Source: TPA_inf: Saccharomyces
Lineage: Eukaryota
Assembly: GCA_000146045.2 (NCBI GenBank)
Contig: BK006941.2
Location: 160,001-224,000 of the forward strand
DNA: 64,000 bases
Direction: 5' to 3'
Each line of letters begins with the position of its first letter. The first letter of the stretch is position 1. The notes beneath the pieces were generated by a model that saw only the letters and a program-made list of their open reading frames with translations, searched no databases and was not told where the DNA came from. This document shows, piece after piece, positions 56,273 to 64,000 of this stretch. The position numbers were made by a program, and so were the translations under genes.

Positions 56273-57298
56273 ATGAGTGACGTGGTCAGTAAAGATCGTA
56301 AGGCATTGTTCGACTCAGCAGTATCCTTTTTAAAGGATGAGTCCATTAAAGATGCTCCACTTTTAAAGAAAATCGAATTTTTAAAATCCAAAGGGTTAAC
56401 AGAAAAGGAGATTGAAATAGCCATGAAAGAGCCCAAGAAAGACGGTATCGTAGGCGATGAAGTATCGAAAAAAATTGGTAGTACTGAGAATAGAGCCTCA
56501 CAGGATATGTATCTCTATGAAGCGATGCCACCAACGCTGCCCCACAGGGATTGGAAGGACTATTTTGTGATGGCTACTGCCACAGCTGGGCTGTTGTATG
56601 GTGCATATGAAGTAACTAGAAGGTATGTGATACCAAATATTTTACCAGAAGCAAAAAGCAAGTTGGAAGGGGACAAAAAAGAAATTGATGATCAGTTCTC
56701 CAAAATCGATACAGTCCTCAATGCCATCGAAGCGGAGCAAGCTGAGTTTAGGAAAAAGGAAAGCGAAACATTAAAGGAACTTAGTGACACGATTGCTGAA
56801 CTGAAACAGGCGCTTGTGCAGACAACAAGAAGCAGGGAAAAGATCGAAGACGAGTTTAGAATAGTTAAACTCGAGGTGGTCAATATGCAAAATACGATCG
56901 ACAAATTTGTTTCAGATAATGACGGCATGCAAGAGTTAAATAATATCCAAAAAGAAATGGAATCTCTGAAAAGCTTAATGAATAACCGTATGGAATCCGG
57001 TAATGCGCAGGACAACAGATTATTTTCCATATCTCCTAATGGTATACCTGGCATAGATACGATTCCATCTGCGTCTGAGATTCTTGCCAAAATGGGCATG
57101 CAAGAAGAAAGTGATAAAGAAAAGGAAAACGGCAGCGATGCTAATAAAGATGACAATGCTGTTCCAGCGTGGAAAAAAGCAAGAGAACAAACTATTGATA
57201 GCAACGCCTCCATTCCAGAATGGCAAAAAAATACCGCCGCCAATGAGATCAGTGTCCCTGACTGGCAAAATGGACAGGTCGAAGACTCCATCCCATAG
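56273..57298 (+). CDS. PEX14: Peroxisomal membrane docking protein Pex14, 341 aa
   Basis: Conserved Pex14 N-terminal Pex5-binding domain (RKALFDSAVSFLKDESIKDAPLLKKIEFLKSKGLTEKEI), a transmembrane segment and a coiled coil. Confidence 0.92.
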   Translation: MSDVVSKDRKALFDSAVSFLKDESIKDAPLLKKIEFLKSKGLTEKEIEIAMKEPKKDGIVGDEVSKKIGSTENRASQDMYLYEAMPPTLPHRDWKDYFVMATATAGLLYGAYEVTRRYVIPNILPEAKSKLEGDKKEIDDQFSKIDTVLNAIEAEQAEFRKKESETLKELSDTIAELKQALVQTTRSREKIEDEFRIVKLEVVNMQNTIDKFVSDNDGMQELNNIQKEMESLKSLMNNRMESGNAQDNRLFSISPNGIPGIDTIPSASEILAKMGMQEESDKEKENGSDANKDDNAVPAWKKAREQTIDSNASIPEWQKNTAANEISVPDWQNGQVEDSIP

Positions 57299-57381
57299 CG
57301 CAATTCTATGTAAGTAATTAGTTTTTTAACGGAAATTGTAATTGTAACTGTCCTAGATACTATGGACATTCAATCTGATTG

Positions 57382-57389
57382 TTACCCGG
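57382..57389 (+). promoter_or_regulatory. Reb1 site TTACCCGG between the PEX14 3' end and the NUT1 start
   Basis: Exact consensus, about 85 bp downstream of the PEX14 stop and about 135 bp upstream of the NUT1 ATG. Confidence 0.45.
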
Positions 57390-57523
57390 AACATTTGCTT
57401 TTGAAAGGCATTTTTAGTAGCACTAATATATTGGCAGCTAATTGAAACAGTAATCTACAAATATGAGTAAGCTAAACCACCTCAACAAAGCTATTCGTGG
57501 CTAGTATATGACCTTGAATTGCC

Positions 57524-60500
57524 ATGGAAAAAGAATCAGTATACAACTTAGCACTAAAATGTGCTGAGCGGCAATTGACCTCCATGGAATTTTCGAACCT
57601 TTACAAGGAATTCTTTAATGAAAAGTTCCCGTCTTTGATTCAAGAGGAAGAAGAAGATACAACAACAACTGCAAATATAAATGAGGTCAAGAAAGCGTCC
57701 GATTTGGTGGATACACCCAGCAACAACACGGCTGCTACTGCAGATACTACACACTTACACGAGGCTCTAGATATTGTTTGCTCCGATTTTGTTAAAATAT
57801 TAAACCTGGAGAAGCCTCTTATCTTGGCAGATTATATCGTTGAGGTATTGCTTGTGAACTACAACTCAGATATGATAAAATGCTTTCTGCCTAAATTGAA
57901 TTCCGTTAGGAACTCCTTGCTATTGGCCCATTTTTTCTCCAAATCTTGTTCATTCTTTGCCAAATTATCAGATACTTTGATAATTGATCAAGTACGCAAG
58001 GATTTGGGCAACGTCATAGTACCGAATATCTTAAGTCTAGACATGAATAGTATGAATAAAGAATTGATTGCCATAGTATCAAAGCTTTTGCAAACAACTT
58101 TAAAACTCTCTCCTTCACCAATTCTTTTAACTTCTGCCGGCTGTAAAAATGGGTCTTTTACGCTACTAAATCAGTTGTCTCAAACCAACAAGTTACTTTT
58201 TAAAAGGGTTTCTCAGACTTTTGAAGCAAAATTACATTTCAAAGATACCAAGCCATTTTTAAACAAAGATTCCACTAACGAATTCGTAGGTTCTCCTTCA
58301 TTAACCTCCCCTCAATATATCCCAAGTCCACTTTCTTCAACAAAACCTCCAGGATCAGTCAATTCTGCTGCCAAATACAAAGACATGAAGCTTCTTCGTT
58401 ACTATAAAAACATTTGGCTGAACAATAAAATTATCAATTGGGAAATATCGAACCCAGACTTCCTATCAAAATATTCTGCGATTACTTCTTCTATATTTCA
58501 AGAGAGCTTTAATTCAGTTCAAAACTTGGACCAGTTACTCACAGACTTGATTGAGACATCGTTTACTTGTTTTGCTCAATTCGTTAGCAATAAGCAATAT
58601 CATCAGGCAAATTCTAATTTGACTCTGTTAGAAAGAAAGTGGGTCATATTTATAACAAAACATCTACCATTATTAATCCTGGAAAACTCTTCAAGAAGTC
58701 CTCGTGTAGTCACGAATGCTCTGGATAATATTGACGAAAAAGTCGTTAAAGCAATCAGAATATACTTCACCGAAAAAGATGATAACAAAACCAATAATGA
58801 AGATCTATTTGATGATTATCCATCTACAAGCTTGGATATAAGACACGATTTTATCAAAGGGTTGATTATGTTAAATTTACAGCCTGCGTCCGTTATCAAC
58901 AATTACTTAAGAGAGGACCAAATGATCGACACCAGTATTTTACCTACCCGTGATGATTTGTTTGTTCGTAATTTGCAAGGCATTCAAGAAGTCGTCCATA
59001 ATACCAACAGTTTCATCATTTCATCCTTAGATACTTTAGAGTTAGAATCGATAACCGAATCGATCACACATGATTCGAGTAACGGACTATTTCAAGTATT
59101 ACACAATTTTGAATCTGTAGCTCCGACAAAACAACGTGAGATAGTAAAAGCCTTTTTATCTATATTTGAAGATGCAATAAAAGAATTGAATTATAATAGA
59201 ATAGCCAAGATATGTGCTCTTTTGTTTTTCAACTTTTCACATTCATTGACCACAATTCTATCATTTTCTTCGCCAGCAGCACTAATGAAAACATTGATAA
59301 AATTCGTTGATTTGTCTAGAAATGGCAGAAATGGCTCAAACGGTAATGATGAAAGTTCAGAATATGAAACGATAAATATATCTTTGTCATTTTCTTGGGC
59401 AATTTTACTGATAATCAACCTAACACAAACATATGGCATATCTGTGGTGGATGTGGCACTTAAGTATCCTGAATTGAGCATAAAAAATTCCTTTATAATC
59501 AATTTCATTTCAAATCTACCTAATGTCTCAGATAAGTACTATTTGGAAGAATCAAATGTGAATGATTCAGATATGCTAACAAAGTCTCATAATACCGTTC
59601 AAAGCTGGCTTTGTGATCTTTTTGTTAATGGGTCCATAACAGATCAATTGATCCAAAATATTGAAACAAGGCAATTGGCTAATCTCATACCATTTATTGT
59701 TAAACAGGTTTTGCTATCTGTTGAAATAGGCGTTTTAACGGATATTTCAAGTCTGATAGGTGGCTTCGAATATTTCTTACAACCTTTACTATTAGTTGGG
59801 CTAATCAAAACTTTTTATTGGCTAGAACAATTTCTTTCTTGCGTCAAGAACGACACAATATCTGAAGATATTTTACAAGGGATATTCAATTTATTGAATA
59901 CACTTTTCAACCCAGTAACTCTTAACGAGGATTCGAAAGCGTTCCACACGGCTGTACTGAGGTTGAATGCAATTCCACTACTCAAAGTTCTCCGCAAATT
60001 TAGAGTTCAGAGCCAGTCAAATTATGGTATCTACTCTTCTGATGCCCAAGGTGATCCTAACTTAGAACCTTTGATAGCCAAATTAGTTGCCGTTCTTAAT
60101 GTATCACCCGTTTATGACGTCGATCCAAGAATTATCAATTCAGAGAACGATTATTCTAGAAAGCAGTTGGGTTACGGTAAATTCCTAATTTTGAACGAAA
60201 ACCCGATTAACAAGATAATGACGAACCAAATTAACTCATTCTGGAGTCTCCACAGCAGCACATATTATAACTTAGATTATCTATTTGAGTTAATTGAATT
60301 GGTTACCCCAAAAAGTTTCCTTTTTGATGTTTTGAAAACATTAGAATATAAACTAGCCACTTATGGGGTCCCTGGTTCTGAAAATAAGAGGGGATCATTG
60401 GATTCAGAGCATGTTTTCGATTATTTCTTCTACTTTCTTGTACTATATGATGTGAAAACCGCGGAGGAAGCCAGTCAACTAATAGAATATATGGAGAACG

Positions 60501-60922
60501 ACGCAAAAAAAAGTAAGGGGGACGTTGATATAAAGGGAGAAGACTTACATGAGAAAAATGACTCAGCTGAGGTGAGGCAAGAAACTCAACCAAAAGCTGA
60601 AGCTACCCAAGACGATGATTTCGATATGCTTTTTGGCGAGAATGATACAAGCACTCAAGCTTACGAAGAAGAAGAAGAGAATGAGGATAACGACGGCAAT
60701 AATAGAACAAACAATGTACCAATGATAAAAGCAGAAGAAACTCCTAGTAAAACTAATAAGATATCCATTTTAAAGAGACATTCGTTTGCGGTACTTCTGC
60801 ATGAAAGAAAATTATTGAATGATTTAGCTTTGGAAAACGGCGAAATAACCAAGACAGAAAATGAGAAATTTATCAGTTATCACGATAAGTACTTGTGTAT
60901 GCTGAAAACATGCGTATTCTGA
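57524..60922 (+). CDS. NUT1: Mediator tail subunit Nut1/Med5, 1132 aa
   Basis: Large ORF with a true ATG, matching the position and length of YGL151W. Confidence 0.88.
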   Translation: MEKESVYNLALKCAERQLTSMEFSNLYKEFFNEKFPSLIQEEEEDTTTTANINEVKKASDLVDTPSNNTAATADTTHLHEALDIVCSDFVKILNLEKPLILADYIVEVLLVNYNSDMIKCFLPKLNSVRNSLLLAHFFSKSCSFFAKLSDTLIIDQVRKDLGNVIVPNILSLDMNSMNKELIAIVSKLLQTTLKLSPSPILLTSAGCKNGSFTLLNQLSQTNKLLFKRVSQTFEAKLHFKDTKPFLNKDSTNEFVGSPSLTSPQYIPSPLSSTKPPGSVNSAAKYKDMKLLRYYKNIWLNNKIINWEISNPDFLSKYSAITSSIFQESFNSVQNLDQLLTDLIETSFTCFAQFVSNKQYHQANSNLTLLERKWVIFITKHLPLLILENSSRSPRVVTNALDNIDEKVVKAIRIYFTEKDDNKTNNEDLFDDYPSTSLDIRHDFIKGLIMLNLQPASVINNYLREDQMIDTSILPTRDDLFVRNLQGIQEVVHNTNSFIISSLDTLELESITESITHDSSNGLFQVLHNFESVAPTKQREIVKAFLSIFEDAIKELNYNRIAKICALLFFNFSHSLTTILSFSSPAALMKTLIKFVDLSRNGRNGSNGNDESSEYETINISLSFSWAILLIINLTQTYGISVVDVALKYPELSIKNSFIINFISNLPNVSDKYYLEESNVNDSDMLTKSHNTVQSWLCDLFVNGSITDQLIQNIETRQLANLIPFIVKQVLLSVEIGVLTDISSLIGGFEYFLQPLLLVGLIKTFYWLEQFLSCVKNDTISEDILQGIFNLLNTLFNPVTLNEDSKAFHTAVLRLNAIPLLKVLRKFRVQSQSNYGIYSSDAQGDPNLEPLIAKLVAVLNVSPVYDVDPRIINSENDYSRKQLGYGKFLILNENPINKIMTNQINSFWSLHSSTYYNLDYLFELIELVTPKSFLFDVLKTLEYKLATYGVPGSENKRGSLDSEHVFDYFFYFLVLYDVKTAEEASQLIEYMENDAKKSKGDVDIKGEDLHEKNDSAEVRQETQPKAEATQDDDFDMLFGENDTSTQAYEEEEENEDNDGNNRTNNVPMIKAEETPSKTNKISILKRHSFAVLLHERKLLNDLALENGEITKTENEKFISYHDKYLCMLKTCVF

Positions 60923-61103
60923 GCCATCTCTCCTGATATATAAGACAGATATTAATAAAGGTGATATGATATAGATATATAAAAACACTAAAAAATTAGG
61001 CAGTATGATAACGAATATCTAATATGAAAAAAAGATGAAGATAGCAGATTAAAGATAGACATTAACTCCGCTTAATGTAAATAACACAATATGAATACCT
61101 TTT

Positions 61104-64000
61104 TCATGCCAATGCACTTGCCGCTTCCTTAATTCCATCTTGACTTATGCTTTTGCTACCTTCACGAGTGACTTCGGAATCATTTTCACCCACTTCAATG
61201 GTTTTAATGTTTTTTTCCTGAGTCTTACCTTCCATGACGACTTGTTGAACTTGCTCTTTTTGCTTTGCTCTATCCCTCATTCTTTCTTCGATGGTACCAC
61301 GAACAAGTAATCTGTACACTGTGACTTGCCTCGTTTGGCCCAACCTATGTGCCCTATCCATAGCCTGTGAATCAATAGTAGGGTTCCAATCTGAATCATA
61401 GAATATAACAGTGTCAGCTGCGGTCAGGTTGATACCTAGACCACCTGCTCTTGTACTTAGGAGGAAAACAAAGATTTCTGGATTAGTCTGCCAATCATGG
61501 ACCAAATCTCGACGGTCCTCCAACTTTGAGGAACCATCCAGTCTAATATGATTATATTGTCTATAGGTCAAGTATTCTTCCATAAGATCCATCATCTTGG
61601 TCATTTGGAAATATATCAAAACTCTGTGGCCTTCTGATTTCAACTTTACCAACAATTCATCCAATTTTCTTAATTTCGCTGATTCGGTAATGAACCTATC
61701 CATAGATGGCATTGATATGTTGGATGAAAAATTTTTATTTAGTGGTTCAGGGAATAGTCCTGTCTTTGGAAAATCTTCAACAGGTATTCCCTTTTTAACG
61801 TGCATGTTATATTGCGTTATTGCTGGAATATCGGATAATGCCTGACTTATCAACGGGTCAAACAGTTCATTATTTATGCTATTGGTAACATGACTAGAAC
61901 CAAGAACTTCAATGGTGACCGGAGGAGCTGAAACATTGGGATGATAACCACGTTGTATACAGTTCAGATACTCACGTTCATAGGCATGTTTTTCAACGTT
62001 CAATAATGAAGCCATTACGCCCTCGGAAGGTGCATTTCTAGTAACCTCGAGTAGCTCTTGAGTAATGGTTTTAAAACTTAAACTGTCAGTATTTTTTGGA
62101 CCATTTGTACGTTCTATTACTCGCTTGAGTAAGGGTGTAGTAGAAACTCTAAAAAATTCATTCAACGAGGGTTCACCTGTTAATTTAGATAAAAATAAGC
62201 ACAGTTCATAATTAGTTGATGGGTTGAAAATATTAAATTTCACGTTCTTCAGTTTATTGGCTATGTCCACGTCATTGTTGTAATTCGGTAAAATCAAATC
62301 TTCATAAATCAACCTTGGTAGGCTATATTTTATTGGATTCCTTGAAGAGTAAATCAAATCAGTGAATTTCCCATTGGAAATATTATTACTGCTCATGCTA
62401 GAGAGATTCATATTACTGTTGCTAATTACGCTGCTGTTGTTATTAGCAACAGATGCAGTTAACATCGAGGTAGTTTTACCAAAAGTAGTGAAGGAAAATG
62501 GAGAATCTACATCTGCCCTTTCAAAAAGATCCGGGTGGTTACAAACTTTCCTGAATTGCATGACTGCGTTAATCAAGTTCTGATCAGAACCAGAATTTGA
62601 AGCAGAATTGGAAGTAGAATCATTCGTAGCGGCATTCTCAATGGCATCATAGTTAGTAGAGATTTGAGATTTCAAAACCTGATATAATTTAGCCTGCCTT
62701 TGAGTTAAATCACATAAGACATCAATTTCAATCTTGTCGCCCAATTCTGATTGGACGTTCTTTTTGACACGCCTTAACATGAACGGTTTCAAAATCATAT
62801 GCAAACGACGTAATTGCTGTTGGTTTAATTTGGTATTAGCTTCTGCATGAGATTCAATATCCTTAGAGAACCATTCATTAAATTCATCGTGAGAATCAAA
62901 AAGAGAAGGCATGATAAAATGTAAAAGTGCCCATAGTTCCTGCATACTGTTTTGGATAGGAGTACCCGTTAATAGTAATCTATTACGACAATGAAAACTC
63001 AACAGGTTCTTCCATCTAGATGACTGTGAAGATTTGATAGCTTGGGCCTCATCCAGTATCATATATTGCCATTTCATTTTCTGCAAATAGTTAGCATCAG
63101 TGACAACCATTTGATAGGATGTAACCATGACATGGAATGGCGCATTCTTATTATACCTCAGATTTTTCCTGTCCCAAAATTTCCTAAGAACTTTACGGTC
63201 ATTGGCATTACCCCAGTATGGCAGAATTTTAAATTGAGGCAAAAATTTGGATATTTCATTGACCCAGTTATGCAGAGTAGAAGCGGGTGTGACCACCAAA
63301 AAGGGCCCCCAAATATTATGGTTCTCGGCTAGATGAGCCAAAACGGAAATAGATTGCACAGTTTTACCTAACCCCATTTCATCTGCTAAGATACCATTGA
63401 TACCCTGGTCGTAAAGGTTAGCTAGCCAATTCAAACCCTTGAGCTGATATTCTTTCAAAGTACATGCCAAAATCTTTGGTTGCTCGATGGTTATTTCACC
63501 TAAAGAGGTTGGGTTTTGGAAGTTCAACTCATCTTCCTCCTCTTCTTCCTCATGCGCATTGGCATGATCATCAAATTGTTTCGCTTTCGCTCTTGTTTCT
63601 GCCAGTGCATTGGAAGCATTTTCAGCAGCTCTTAGTCTCAATTGTTCGTCATTTTCGTTATCAAAGTCAATGGCGTGAAAGTCATTTTTATTTGGAGCCA
63701 AAGCTGAAATGTCAATATTCTTCTGGCTTTCAGAATCATTACTGGAAACATTGTTCCCTTCCAATTCGTTAGTTTTGATTTTCCTTCCAATGAAATGCGA
63801 ATACAATTCTGTCTGTGTTAACAAAAAGTTCAGCTTTTTAGCTTGTCTTTTGGATTCCTTCTCCTCTTCTTCCTTCTTTGCCTGTTCCATAGCCTCCTTT
63901 TCTATCTTCTTCTTTAGATCTCTTTCTTCACGCTCATTCTTCTTCCAAAAATTGGACATTTCCCTAATACCTCTTCTGGCCCTCGTTTGGAAGTCCTTTA
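61104..64000 (-). CDS. INO80: INO80 chromatin-remodelling ATPase, C-terminal part only (the gene continues beyond the window end; the full protein is about 1489 aa)
   Basis: Snf2 ATPase domain with the long INO80-type insertion between the helicase lobes (ILADEMGLGKT, DEAQAIKS, and the helicase C region LLSTRAGGLGINL). The frame is open to the window edge, so the N-terminus is truncated. Confidence 0.9.
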   Translation of the reverse strand, partial: KDFQTRARRGIREMSNFWKKNEREERDLKKKIEKEAMEQAKKEEEEKESKRQAKKLNFLLTQTELYSHFIGRKIKTNELEGNNVSSNDSESQKNIDISALAPNKNDFHAIDFDNENDEQLRLRAAENASNALAETRAKAKQFDDHANAHEEEEEEDELNFQNPTSLGEITIEQPKILACTLKEYQLKGLNWLANLYDQGINGILADEMGLGKTVQSISVLAHLAENHNIWGPFLVVTPASTLHNWVNEISKFLPQFKILPYWGNANDRKVLRKFWDRKNLRYNKNAPFHVMVTSYQMVVTDANYLQKMKWQYMILDEAQAIKSSQSSRWKNLLSFHCRNRLLLTGTPIQNSMQELWALLHFIMPSLFDSHDEFNEWFSKDIESHAEANTKLNQQQLRRLHMILKPFMLRRVKKNVQSELGDKIEIDVLCDLTQRQAKLYQVLKSQISTNYDAIENAATNDSTSNSASNSGSDQNLINAVMQFRKVCNHPDLFERADVDSPFSFTTFGKTTSMLTASVANNNSSVISNSNMNLSSMSSNNISNGKFTDLIYSSRNPIKYSLPRLIYEDLILPNYNNDVDIANKLKNVKFNIFNPSTNYELCLFLSKLTGEPSLNEFFRVSTTPLLKRVIERTNGPKNTDSLSFKTITQELLEVTRNAPSEGVMASLLNVEKHAYEREYLNCIQRGYHPNVSAPPVTIEVLGSSHVTNSINNELFDPLISQALSDIPAITQYNMHVKKGIPVEDFPKTGLFPEPLNKNFSSNISMPSMDRFITESAKLRKLDELLVKLKSEGHRVLIYFQMTKMMDLMEEYLTYRQYNHIRLDGSSKLEDRRDLVHDWQTNPEIFVFLLSTRAGGLGINLTAADTVIFYDSDWNPTIDSQAMDRAHRLGQTRQVTVYRLLVRGTIEERMRDRAKQKEQVQQVVMEGKTQEKNIKTIEVGENDSEVTREGSKSISQDGIKEAASALA

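Noticed and set aside
56692-57369. A 225-aa Ser/Leu-rich minus-strand ORF antisense to PEX14
   Set aside because: It is low-complexity, is fully contained opposite the conserved PEX14 CDS and has no features of a real protein. It is a spurious long antisense frame.
1-64000. Possibility of a novel multi-gene system such as a defence island or biosynthetic operon
   Set aside because: Every sizeable ORF is a recognisable, unrelated, monocistronic S. cerevisiae gene in the known YGL180W to YGL150C order. Each has its own promoter and alternating strands. There are no prokaryotic hallmarks such as short intergenic gaps on one strand, RBS-like spacing or CRISPR repeats.

Overview
This window is Saccharomyces cerevisiae nuclear DNA from the chromosome VII left arm, running from ATG1 (YGL180W) to the 3' part of INO80 (YGL150C). 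I identified it by reading the ORF-track proteins and recognising well-known yeast proteins in their canonical chromosomal order. It holds about 30 densely packed Pol II protein-coding genes (most 897 aa to 1528 aa), one of which (MPT5) has a 640-nt spliceosomal intron and a first exon of only one codon. Two Pol III tRNA genes are present: tRNA-Lys(CUU) on the minus strand and tRNA-Leu(CAA) with a 32-nt intron on the plus strand. There are no rRNA genes, no CRISPR arrays, no intact transposon and no prokaryote-style operon or defence island. I found no previously undescribed system. The observations worth a second look are regulatory: promoter motifs that fit the known biology of adjacent genes (PAC/RRPE at ROK1, MSE at SPO74, MCB at RAD54, STRE cluster before RCK1, Reb1 sites). 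Three long ORF-poor intergenic regions stand out: TOS3-MPT5, RAD54-SUT1 and YGL159W-RCK1 (the last containing the tRNA-Leu gene). The supplied ORF track uses alternative start codons (TTG, GTG) and so gives spurious N-terminal extensions for TOS3, SAE2, NUP49, SPO74, AIM14 and ARI1. For those I report the first in-frame ATG, which matches the known protein lengths. Coordinates I counted by hand (motifs, tRNA ends, splice sites) may be off by 1-2 nt.
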